A DNA stretch of 48,994 nucleotides, counting the filler, from Sphacelaria rigidula (lineage: Eukaryota), in the NCBI GenBank assembly GCA_964200075.2. It is 2 parts of 2 records of this genome, joined end to end, with 100 filler letters (N's around TTAATTAATTAA, not from the genome) between each part and the next. Parts side by side here need not be neighbours in the genome. Positions count along the whole stretch, not along the records: positions 24,549 to 48,994 come from CAXNAA020000204.1; 1 more part is not named here. One strand, given 5' to 3'. The notes under the pieces were generated by a model, which saw only the letters and a program-made list of their open reading frames with translations, ran no database searches and was not told the origin of the DNA. This document shows, piece after piece, positions 39,401-48,877 of the stretch. The position numbers were made by a program, and so were the translations under genes. Numbering within the stretch: position 1 is the stretch's first letter; each line of letters begins with the position of its first letter.

Positions 39401-42400
39401 AGTTTTTCACAACCCTTGGAGCCCGGGACGTCAGACACGTGGGCGATCATGAGCATGGTGGTGACATCCATACCCTGAAGAAAAAATCGACAATCAAAAA
39501 GTGTACTGTGTACAGTATCGAATATTTCGCCAGATGAAACAGACGATATTCCATAATGTACACAGTATACTTTTCAACAATAAAAAAATTGTCCCGTGTG
39601 TGGAGACAGTACATCCTGCTTGGGCGGGAAAGGGGCGTGCACTCATGATCTTGCATGCCGTGGTCATTCGAGTAAAGACCTCGTACCCTTGGGGCGGGAC
39701 GGAGCACGCCGGGTCTTTAAAATGGGGGGGGGGGAGAGGGGGTGAATGGATCCACTTCCTTCAGAAGAAGGACGGAAAAAAACGGAGCGCTCGCAACGAG
39801 GTGAGACTATATGAAACTTAGTACAGCTTGCTTTGATGTTTTGTAACCTCAGTTCTACTGACTTCTTCCCCCTGTGACGAGACGATGAAACAAGCGCAAC
39901 AAGGCGTGAGAATGAAGGCGAGAGATCAGACTGCGCCCTCGTGTAGGGACGCGGCGTGTGCAGCAGTGCCGTTACAATCACGTGCTCGCGAGTGGGTTCA
40001 AGTACCCGCGACAAACGCGCCGCCTAGGTAGCTCGTGCCAACTGTCATCACATCTCCTTGCTCCATTGTATACTGCGGGCACGGCGCGCTGCAAAACCTC
40101 GGGCACTTAGCTTGTTATTACATCGAGACTCGGCACAAACCATTTTGGTACCTGTAGCAATAAAAAATTTTCACCGCAAAATTTCACGGTTAGGACGAAT
40201 TATCACGGGTTTGAATCACCAAATCCATGACTTCTTCGGCCTGATCGCCCAAAAGGGATCCACACAACTTCCGCGCCATTCCACGTGTCTGGGCTGCGTG
40301 TATCTGGGTTGTAACGTTGAAAACGAAGCCTAGGGATTGATTCGTGCGAATCGAATCACCTACACTATAACCAAGTGATTTTCAGACGAATCATTATTTG
40401 TCCCACCCTTGCACAATTTTCTATATCGTCCGTCACGTCCATGTGGCGGCACAGTACGTGCTTCAGAAATACGTCCCCAGGGCCCGTTTCACGGAAACGA
40501 TAATAATGAGTGAAAGCGTGAGGATCAAACACGATAAAATAGAACAGCTTAGGTGTAGCAATACCATTTCACGTTTTTTGTTGCGCCATCATCAAAATTC
40601 ATCACTTTTCAACCGAACATATTTTGCATAAAAACGGAGGTATAATCTGATGTAAGTGTAACAAAAGAGAACACGAACTGGTTTGCCACGAATAAAATGT
40701 TTGTCACCCTCATTTCTCCAATACAAATACCACTATCATTACTTCTTTCGATAGATGAGACGGAGTCTCATCATTAATTTGAAGGTGTCACGCTCCCACA
40801 TCAACACATTGAGTGTGGCTTCTGCTGGCGGGGCGAAACCTTGGCAGGTCCCACTCACGGGTAAGGAGTTCAAACCCTCACAGCGATGCATAAGAAGCTC
40901 ATCGGCAACATGTTCCGTCGCCCTGACGATACAACAGAACTCGTCTCATAAGCTATATCGTGGATGATTTGATTCGCTACTAGTGCAGCACGGGCGAACG
41001 GTAGATTGATAAGTCAAACGATTAGTCGGTAGCATGGTGGTCGATGCTCAGATGCCATGACCTCTACATTTTTCAGACTGTCTACGGAAACACAACAGAA
41101 CAGAATAGAATAGAAGCGAAGGGAGGCGAGGTGACGTGAGAGATCAGACTGCGCCCTCGTGTAGGGACGCGGCGTGTGCAGCAGTGCCGTTACAATCACG
41201 TGCTCGCGAGTGGGTTCAAGTACCCGCGACAAACGCGCCGCCTAGGTCGCTCGTGCCGACTGTCATCATATCTCCCTCCATGGTTTACATCGAACACACC
41301 ATGAAAGACTCAAATTGTTGCATCAACTTCCGCTCCAAGACCTACTACAATATTGCCACTTAGGGAGGCGCACCATATTTGCTGCATATTTTACGTTTTT
41401 GGGCGTTATGTTCTGGAGGGTTGCTACAAAGTTGTCCAAGACTTGCTCTACAAAAAGTCAACACACGGAGCATAGCTTATGCTGCTGAGGTGAGCCCCCC
41501 CGTAGTTTTGACCCATGCGTCAGGAGATCATCGATCCGTCGCCCTACTGAGGCAACATGACATGTTTGAAAATGATGAACCGGCTGATACGTTGTCACAA
41601 CAGCACTACTGTAGTGGGATGTATATTCACCAGAACGAACGAATTCGTTCATCACGATGGTCGTTCTATAGATATTATGGCCTCCACCTTTTCCTTCCCG
41701 TAGTCGGTACGGTTACAGATAAGCAATTGAGAACCAGACAAGAGATCAGACTGCGCCCTCGTTTAGGGACGCGGCGTGTGCAGCAGTGCCGTTACAATCA
41801 CGTGCTCGCGAGTGGGTTCAAGTACCCGCGACAAACGCGCCGCCTAGGTCGCTCGTGCCGACTGTCATCACATCTCTTTCGTATCGCGAGTACGAACCAT
41901 ATTGAGTTTTGATGAGGCTTGCATCGTCTACTGGTCGACTAACCCTACACATCTAAACTTGGCACTACTTGACGCACCAAAGAGTGACGCAAATCATGTC
42001 AGTGGACCTCAATGCCATCGATGTCCGAGACGGCAAATGTGGCGGAGTATTTCACTGCGGCTTCCGGTAATCACACGGAGGCAGCCGCGACTCACGCCGC
42101 ATACAGTACCTGGTGACCGATCACAAATATCTTCCGTGGTTCCTCCATGATAGGCTCCAATCATATCAGTGCAGACATTATAGATGTTCAACAGTAAAAT
42201 TGATGTGGGCGATGAACGACGCCGTGTAGCTGTGACCCCGGATATTCTCACGAAACGGCGGGAAGGCTAGTGGCGTCGCTTCGGACCGTATATGTCAGGC
42301 TCATCTCCGAATAGTTTGACAGGCGAATGATCCGAGCATGCCCAAAACTCGACATATTTTGCCGGCTAATGGTCGAAAATATATTTTTTGTTTTTCTGTT

Positions 42401-45400
42401 ACTCACAATGTACTAATAGTCATAACATTCGGAAGGCTGCGATTCGGCTGTGGAGGAGAAAATAATCGTTTTCTTCGACCTTCCATCGTCAACAGCAAAC
42501 CACACAAGAGATCTCGGAAATGAGAGCGAGCATGAACTCAGCCGTGTGACATTTTGGTCATGAGAGAAATTCCACGGTAAGGAGTGCACTTCAAAGCTTT
42601 CTGAGGCTGCACACCATGGCCCAACAGTGAGGGTCTCCTCAAGAACAAAATTGAACACCCCCAGCGTATAACTTTTCATCAGCCCGTCCCCGAACGAACG
42701 TCAATACGCCAAATGGGCTACGACGGCGTAGTGTGATATGACGAGAGTGCTCGCATGACACATCACACCGCGTGGCGCAGCGGTTGGAGGGTGCTAGGGA
42801 CTGTGCTGCTGCGGCCAACTCGACAAGCAACGAAGGAAACTGCTGTATGACGTTTCGCACACTCTGGATGATGGCAACAGATGTTGTCAAGATGTGTACG
42901 GCGTCCAGTGTGAAATTTATCGCACATCGCATTAGACGCAGTAGTCCGATACTGTAAGCGGTACACTTTTTCACGGTTCGGATCAATTATCGACGGTTCG
43001 AATCACAAACTCCACGATTTTTTGGGTCTGATTGCTCGAAAGAAGAAAAAGTTCACTGCTGGTCAATAAGGTCTCTATTACAGAGGAACACTGTTAGGGC
43101 GCGTCTTCTGACTTTTTTTTTTTCGATCGAAAAAACGAGCGGTGGAATAGAGTCAGGTGAAAAATTCTCGTCTTGTCGTTGGGTCCGGATAGATTTTCAA
43201 GCTCCCAATCCAAAAAAGCCAGTGAAATTCGTGAAACGGTACATGGTCTGTACTGTTTGTACTGCTTGCAAGTAGGGTGTCTTGAGTGCGTGTGTGCATG
43301 CTTCGCGCAGGAGAAGATGAAGCGGAAGCGGACAATGTGCAGTGCAAACAGCTCAAGACTATCAGTTCTTTCTGTTTACAATGGATCTTGAAAATAACCC
43401 CAGCAACGTGCAGCGTTGTACTGCCTGCATTGTCCTTGGTTGTGCACTTAACTCGGTGGCCCACCGTACCGCGCGCAGCTCCGTCCCTGATGACTACCAT
43501 GAGAGAAGATGCGCAAGTTCTCGCCAACAAAAAATCAACTCACTATAATCTTGAGTTGAAGCCTTCGGGGAACATGAATGCGGTGGAACTCACAGATAAC
43601 ACATTTTTTTTTCGATCGAAAAAAAAAGTGCTGAGCGAGCCCTTAGTGGAAACAAAAAACGCGCAGTGGGAATGATGATTATAATAAAATGCAGTTTTTG
43701 CGCCATCCCACGTGCCTGAGGAGTGCCCAACTGGGTTGCAAGGCTAAGAACGAAGCCCACTACTGATTCATAGAGTTCGAATCAACCACATCGAAACCAA
43801 GTAATTTCTAGACGAATCATTGATTCGTCCGACGCATGCACTTCCCGACAGAGCAATCTCGTGTTCAGGGTGTAATATTGGTGCCATTACCTCCGGCTGT
43901 TTGCCACTTCACCACTCACTGTCTCGAGTAGCGGAGCTAGCCTGTATATCCTCCAGATGATCACTGACTACTGCGGGTTAGGGATCAGACTGCGCCCTCG
44001 TGTAGGGACGCGGCGTGTGCAGCAGTGCCGTTACAATCACGTGCTCGCGAGTGGGTTCAAGTACCCGCGACAAACGCGCCGCCTAGGTCGCTCGTGCCGA
44101 CTGTCATCACCTCCCAGCTTCCGTGACGTGGTGAACACTTTTCATTTGTGTCATTTGGGATCAACTTTCATGACAAAAGTGTCGACTCTCTTTCGTGGAT
44201 TGATTTTTCGGACCCCAGTTTGTTGGGCAATGTTTTTCGGTTAGCTGCGAGCAAACCACATCAATACTCCAAATCTCTGGTTGTTTGAATTGATATACCG
44301 CCTTTCTGCTCACATCGGGACACACTGGTATGTAGCATGGTCGTCGCTGCTCAGATACCATGACCTCTACATTTTTCAGACTGTCTACGGAAACACAACA
44401 GAACAAGAGCGAACGGAGGCGAGGTAAGAGATCAGACTGCGCCCTCGTGTAGGGACGCGGCGTGTGCAGCAGTGCCGTTACAATCACGTGCTCGCGAGTG
44501 GGTTCAAATACCCGCGACAAACGCGCCGCCTAGGTAGCTCGTGCCAACTGTCATCACATCTCCCAAAAACAGGTTACATCATACCTTGCGTACAGTAGGG
44601 ATTGTCTGTCGCAATAGACGCGGCAGTAGTTGTTCATACTGTACACAGTACACTTCTTGACAGTAAATTCTGGTGTCCAGGACGTGTTGAAAAGTACGAT
44701 TCGTGAAGTATTCCACATACCACACGATTTGTTGTAACTAATTTTCTTTCCCCGTATCGTTGGCCAATGCCCTGTGTTTATCAAAACAGCAGACGGTTCA
44801 ATCGGGTTGGTCCATACGTCCATCGCGGACACACATAAAAAGAGATCATAAATACCACACAAGAAATATACACGAGTTCCATCACACGGGACGCGGAAAA
44901 AAATAGAGTCGAACAATTCCGGAGAGGCGGGTTGTCAAATTCAAAGAAGGCAAATCGTCTAATTCAAAAGAGGTGATTAATGATAAACTCGAGAACAAGA
45001 AACAAAAAACTCACCCCCCGTTGCCATGCTATCCCCGCCCGAAGATGCCTGGCCTTCCCAACTGAGGCAAATGGGGTAAGGCACCCTCTCCACAACCGCA
45101 AATTCCTTCACCTTAAACCTGCGTCATGCATGCAAAGAAGATCCATCCACTCAATATAAACGAGTCATCAATCTCATGGTGGATAGAAACATACTCGAAC
45201 TACTCATTCGCTTCCTGTATTACAGAAAAAAAAATATATATATATATATATGTTCAACGGCATAACATCAACATATGTGCTACGAAGTCGACGATCCTCC
45301 GGCGAAAGATTTAATTTGGCAATTCCCCACACAACAGGTCATGAATGTATACCGATCCGGATAATTGGCCACCCCCCATTTTTATGTTTGCTCCTTACGG

Positions 45401-48400
45401 CGCCGGACGATGAGCACGCCGAGTAGTCCAAAGGTTGCGCTTTGTATTTCCCGACTCAGTGATCACATATTTTGTGTGTTTGGATCAACGGACTCGAAGG
45501 TTTCCTTTGATAATTTGTTTCAGATAGATCATGATCCGTCCAACGTGTGCAATTTCCCCACTCGGGAAAATAACGATTTATGATCAATACATGCGATGGA
45601 CAGAGAATGTACCGGGTCGAAGTCAGCATCTCGGGTGACATGAAGTAAAATATGAATTTCCTATTCTTGACTGAATAAAAATCTCGGGCAGCTAGAATCA
45701 AGGGTATTCGACAGTCAAATCGGCATGAGTTTCACTTGCAAAAAGTATCCATGATCCAGATGGACTACCCCCGCGGTTCAGGGTTTAGTCTTCTGTTAAA
45801 AATCGGCATCAATTTGAAGTGAGAAAAAGTATGCATGATCCAGAATGACTAGTCTCGCGGTCTAAGGGTTAATGCTCCCTCATGATCAAGATCACAAAAA
45901 ATATATATTGAAAACATGTCCCGACTCGCCTCTTCGACAGCATGGCGCACTGCAATGCACACCCTCTCGCAATACTCTCATCGGCGTTCATTGTGCAGCT
46001 CAGCCCGAAGTTGATCGCCGTCTTGTCCCGTCCCAACAGCTCTGACAGGTGCGACTTGATCATGGGCACTCTGCGTCCAGTGACGAAAATAAGAAGAAAA
46101 AAATGTTTTGCAACAAGATAAAAAGATGGCAGAAAAGAGACACGGCGTAATGAGAACTCAGGACTTGAACAGGGACATGAAATCGTCGCCTTCAATTCGA
46201 GACAGCAATAAATACGTACTCAGACACATCAGAGACAAATGGACGGAGAGAGCAGACCGAAAATCTTGGTCGACGGTCTCTGTTCTCCGATGACGAAACA
46301 CGTGGCTAACGCTTGGAATGGGGAAGCCATGTCTGTTCTTAATAATCGACAAGATGAAGATGTACCGGGACAGAATCTGCTCAGTTAAATTGGCGGGCGA
46401 AGCCCTCATCACGAGCCAAACCTCCTACACACAGATGAGGGTAATCCAAAGTGAAATGAAAGAAGCGCGACTGTGGCCGAGTGTTCAAAGTCGGCACTGG
46501 CCCAAAATTGAGGATTTCTCCACAATGAGACGGAGGACTAAAACATACACATGTCCTGTTCCACTAGTGTACCGCAGCGAAAACACTCAAGCCCCCTATT
46601 ATGTGTTCGAGCTTCCACCGTCTGTTGTGGTATATTCACGTATCGCCAAGACGGTGTGGATGGCATGAGCTGCGACATTATCGTTGTGTTCGTCTCTGCG
46701 GGAGACACTGTCAGTCAGGACGCAGGGCTGGCTGCACACTGTTGTACGCTTGACGGGTGTGTTGACTGTTTCGTCTACAATGAAACAACCGAAGCGCGGT
46801 TCGTTGCTGCGACGCTCCTGCTAGTGCTGTGCGTTGGGCGCCTGTACTTTGACGTACTACTGTATTATATATGATACTGTATTGGGTTGGAACGCGCCAC
46901 GAGTTGGATCGCACCAACGCTTGGTTTGATATGTACTCCACTGGCGATTCCTGAGCGAAATGGAGCCATCTACATGGTGATTAAAATCTGTTTAGCTCCA
47001 AATGCAGTCTACTCAATGATCAACGATGAATCTATTCGAACGCACTTCGACGTAAAGCACAGCTCGCGATGAGCAATGCTACGGTGGGGATTCACTTTTT
47101 TGCGCAAAGTTTTGTCTGTTCCAGGGGCTCCAAACAATTCTAGATGCACGAGATGATGGGCCAGGGCATCCCCGTTTGCAAATTCTTTCGGGATATCCCC
47201 ATAACATTGGAATAGTAATCCTGACGTACTCACACATTCCAGACGTCGTGTTTTGGATCAGATGAAGGAATCTCAAGGATTCTCACGTCGGAAGGAAATT
47301 GCACACTGCTATCGTAGCAAGAGTTGACATAACATTTCACCGTGTCACCAAGGCAAGTGAGCTTAAAAATAAATCGAGTACGCGCTGACCAATTGCCCGA
47401 CATCCAACGGAAACGAGTGGAGTGAAATCTGGAAAGGCGAAGAACGGGCAGCCCGAACAGGATATTACGCTCAAAAGCGTACTGCGTACAGTATCGACTA
47501 TTGCGCCTTTTGCAATAGACAAGATATTTCATACTGTACGCAGCACATTTTTACAATAGAATATCATGTCCAGCGTGTGAAATAAAAGAATGGAGGAGAA
47601 GTGCAAAGAAGGGAGCCAGGTCGGACGAAAAAAAATGGAAAAACCAGAGCAATTGAAAGTCGGGTACTTGCCTCGTACTGCCCCCTACGATCTCCACCGA
47701 GCCCAGCTGTTCCTTAGTTACACCCGCCTCTTGTAGAGCTCTCAACACGGGAGCGTCCATCCGACCGACCAGCGGCTGAACAAGCTCCTCGAATTGGGTC
47801 AGACTCAGTCGCCCGTTGTAGTCCAGCTGTGTGAGTGCCAGACGGTAACAACAACGACGGAAAAAAAAGTCGGGGAAAAAAAACGCATCAGCCACCATAA
47901 TCCACGAAAAACGACGGACACGACGCCCGTTGCATTCGATCCGTTTCGCACTATACAGAGGGGAGGAAAAAGCAAGCGTACAAGGGCAGGTAAACTGAAG
48001 TATACTCAATTGCACGGGTATCTTGAAAGTTGTACTCAAAAGTACGCAAATTGCAGGTGAGGTTTCGAGGGTCGCTTCCCAGTGATTTTCTTGGTACGAC
48101 TCCGACACTCTACCCTGATTTGAGTACCTCACGTGAGTGTTCAAAACCTTCCGTAATTAAGTACACTTTACTCGACCTGCCCTCGCGAACGTAGCAGAAT
48201 GAAGCACAAAAAACATCAAATCAAAAATCGAACTGCGCATCAGGAGTCATAGTCTACACGAACGAGAGATGGGTGCCAAACAAGCGTACAGAAGATGGGA
48301 ATATAAAGAAGGGTGTAGAAACAAAAACGCACAACATGACACACAGGAAACGGGGGCAACGCAGACAGCACCATACTAGCCATTATATAAACTAATATCT

Positions 48401-48877
48401 ATACAAAACGGAATAAACAATACGGGAGGGAATGACGATCACTCGCCAGTGATACAGGCAAGGATCGTCGACCACGTCGATTGCAACAGGTGACAAGCCG
48501 ACTTTGGAAGCCAATACTGCACCCGTCATGTACACCTCAACAAAAAAGCAAGTGTTGGAATCGAAGGCGAATCGATCGTCATCGCCACCAACAATAAAAG
48601 ATATAAGGAAGAAAAAAATCCGAGGATTCAACACTTGACAGAATACCAACGCACACCGGTGAAAAAAAAAAGCAAGGGAACAAGCAAGCACGGAAAATAT
48701 GAAAAATAATATGAAGAATAAAACTCAAAAACACGGAATAGACACACAACTCACATCCTCCCACAGACACTCAATGTTGATGGGGGCGTCCGTGACTCCG
48801 ACGGGCGACAATTGCTTCTTGGCTTTTTCCGCAGCCTCGAGGAGCTTGAGGAGCGCCTTGGGTTTCGTGCGCGGATC
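24840..48877 (-). CDS. HSP110: Hsp110/Hsp70-family chaperone (Sse1/HSPA4-like nucleotide exchange factor), partial, 15 exons
   Basis: Exons joined manually with consistent phases, 567 codons: 48755-48877, 47672-47826, 45930-46070, 45015-45118, 38930-39012, 36171-36278, 35239-35349, 31649-31735, 30973-30993, 29360-29581, 27775-27864, 26889-27040, 25853-25970, 25367-25456, 24840-24935. Motifs include EIVGGSTRVP, TMNADESIARGCALQCAMLS, an acidic loop, DKRNELESYVY and EDWLYSDEG. 5' exons lie outside the window; the 3' exon was not found before the gap. Confidence 0.95.
25367..25456 (-). CDS. HSP110: Hsp110 exon (DCATELQRVIDSYIKFVNSSDEAYAHIDQE)
   Basis: Y.HI motif; AG/GT bounded. Confidence 0.9.
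25853..25970 (-). CDS. HSP110: Hsp110 exon (WLYSDEGFDSSKSVYTAKLKELTDLGEPIEKRMYEATNRQ)
   Basis: WLY.DEG.D..K.VY..KL.EL..LG.PI..R motif. Confidence 0.93.
26889..27040 (-). CDS. HSP110: Hsp110 exon (DRVLRETADKRNELESYVYLMRDK...KLKDAED)
   Basis: N.LESYVY.MRDK motif; AG/GT bounded. Confidence 0.93.
27775..27864 (-). CDS. HSP110: Hsp110 exon (VPLKVDPKTAAWTKTQIDEAVLMEAQMANQ)
   Basis: E..M..Q motif at the start of the helical lid; AG/GT bounded. Confidence 0.9.
28695..28995. repeat. TACTC/GAGTA subrepeat element (other copies ~31290-31550 and ~48095-48178)
   Basis: atactctgtagtc.agt...gcttac.caa...gaagagt...gagg.c units shared between loci. Confidence 0.65.
29360..29581 (-). CDS. HSP110: Hsp110 acidic-loop exon (TKGEKPPTSN...AAAVTKKKAYSK)
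   Basis: 222 nt, AG/GT bounded, open frame ending in the basic KKK that precedes the last strand. Confidence 0.85.
30973..30993 (-). CDS. HSP110: Hsp110 21-nt micro-exon (APMDVDE)
   Basis: GCAG|...|GTGAGA, phase 0; PM(D/E).D is typical of the Hsp110 acidic loop. Confidence 0.7.
31649..31735 (-). CDS. HSP110: Hsp110 acidic-loop exon (EAVPPPADLPPAVPAAQEKAPGAADAAGA)
   Basis: 87 nt, CAG/GTGAGT, in frame, low complexity as expected for the loop. Confidence 0.75.
33282..34794. mobile_element. Non-autonomous TIR element (~1.5 kb), possibly Tc1/mariner-type
   Basis: TA|CAGGTTGGTTCACGGTATCACCCGAAA ... TTTCGGGTGATACGCGTGAACCAGCCTG|GA; no transposase ORF seen. Confidence 0.7.
35239..35349 (-). CDS. 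HSP110: Hsp110 exon (VDVPEGAGLSKVRVNVKHDIHGMFNVQSAEMMKEVVK)
   Basis: KV.V.V..+IHG.F.V.SA motif; AG/GT bounded. Confidence 0.92.
35401..35657. mobile_element. hAT-like MITE, copy 1
   Basis: TIR CACGGTTAGGACGAAT / ATTCGTCCGACCCTTG; 8-bp flanks gaatgtcc / gaatatac. Confidence 0.7.
36171..36278 (-). CDS. HSP110: Hsp110 exon (VRRVNFNMDQPFTLTATYDTTAELPAGTSPTIGTFK)
   Basis: Beta-sandwich pattern F.L.A.Y....LP......IG.F; AG/GT bounded. Confidence 0.9.
36385..36394. other. Assembly gap (10 N) between poly-G tracts with locally duplicated sequence
   Basis: gtggggaaacgc...tttaat.tcgggcc appears on both sides of the gap. Confidence 0.85.
38201..38366 (+). repeat. ~83-bp tandem duplication
   Basis: tcttcgaccgcg.atctga.agtct...gctcatgatctgtc.aacgtgcga.agatttcttc occurs twice. 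Confidence 0.8.
38930..39012 (-). CDS. HSP110: Hsp110 exon (EEGEEEASEAAPAGNSLNIFAKGDETPK)
   Basis: Polypyrimidine tract plus CAG, GTATGT donor; phase 1 to 0 fits. Confidence 0.85.
39922..40056 (-). ncRNA. Box C/D snoRNA-like RNA, copy 1 (135 nt)
   Basis: Minus strand GAGA-U-GUGAUGA ... CUGA-UCUC; intronic and sense to the Hsp110 host; five near-identical copies. Confidence 0.8.
40185..40411. mobile_element. hAT-like MITE, copy 2
   Basis: Same TIRs; 8-bp TSD caaaattt / cacaattt. Confidence 0.75.
41140..41274 (-). ncRNA. Box C/D snoRNA-like RNA, copy 2
   Basis: C box AUGAUGA (other copies GUGAUGA, both RUGAUGA), D box CUGA, GAGA/UCUC stem. Confidence 0.8.
41742..41876 (-). ncRNA. Box C/D snoRNA-like RNA, copy 3
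   Basis: Same unit; terminal stem extends to AAGAGA/UCUCUU; one substitution in a predicted hairpin loop. Confidence 0.8.
42972..43838. mobile_element. hAT-like MITE, copy 3 (interrupted by the Harbinger MITE)
   Basis: Same left and right ends; flanks cacttttt / cacttccc. Confidence 0.7.
43097..43642. mobile_element. PIF/Harbinger (Tourist-like) MITE, copy 2, nested in a hAT MITE
   Basis: TTA|GGGC ... GCCC|TTA target duplication; ~300 bp interior homologous to 2500-2830. Confidence 0.8.
43981..44115 (-). ncRNA. Box C/D snoRNA-like RNA, copy 4
   Basis: Terminal stem GGGA/UCCC instead of GAGA/UCUC (compensatory double change). Confidence 0.82.
44428..44562 (-). ncRNA. Box C/D snoRNA-like RNA, copy 5
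   Basis: Same unit; flanked by AG|GTATGA donor (~44584) and TTTCCGTAG acceptor (~44385). Confidence 0.8.
45015..45118 (-). CDS. HSP110: Hsp110 exon (FKVKEFAVVERVPYPICLSWEGQASSGGDSMATG)
   Basis: F.V.EF.V....PYPI.L.W linker motif; AG/GT bounded; phases fit neighbours. Confidence 0.9.
45930..46070 (-). CDS. HSP110: Hsp110 exon (VPMIKSHL...NADESIARGCALQCAMLSKR), GC donor
   Basis: Hsp110-type NADE.IARGCALQCA.LS motif; donor AG|GCGAGT. Confidence 0.93.
47672..47826 (-). CDS. HSP110: Hsp110 exon (LDYNGRLS...VEIVGGSTR), GC donor
   Basis: EIVGGSTR motif; frame with the next exon requires donor AG|GCAAGT. Confidence 0.92.
48755..48877 (-). CDS. HSP110: Hsp110 exon (DPRTKPKALLKLLEAAEKAKKQLSPVGVTDAPINIECLWED)
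   Basis: AG/GT bounded, 123 nt; AEKAKK.LS motif of the ATPase domain. Confidence 0.93.

Noticed and set aside
44385-44394. ctacggaaac matches the antisense of the 18S rRNA 3' region
   Set aside because: It is on the strand opposite the snoRNA and host, and is better explained as the TTTCCGTAG splice acceptor.
39664-44520. Repeated ORFs 'MSRVLEPTREHVIV...' and 'IRLRPRVGTRRVQQCRYNH...'
   Set aside because: These are translations of the ncRNA repeat; similarity ends at or near the RNA boundaries and the starts are non-ATG.
39922-44562. CRISPR array or SINE/MITE reading of the 135-bp repeats
   Set aside because: The repeat is too long and the spacing is irregular (447-2239 bp start to start), there are no cas genes, and the context is eukaryotic. 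There are no TSDs, tail, A box or long TIRs, whereas C/D boxes with a compensated stem fit exactly.
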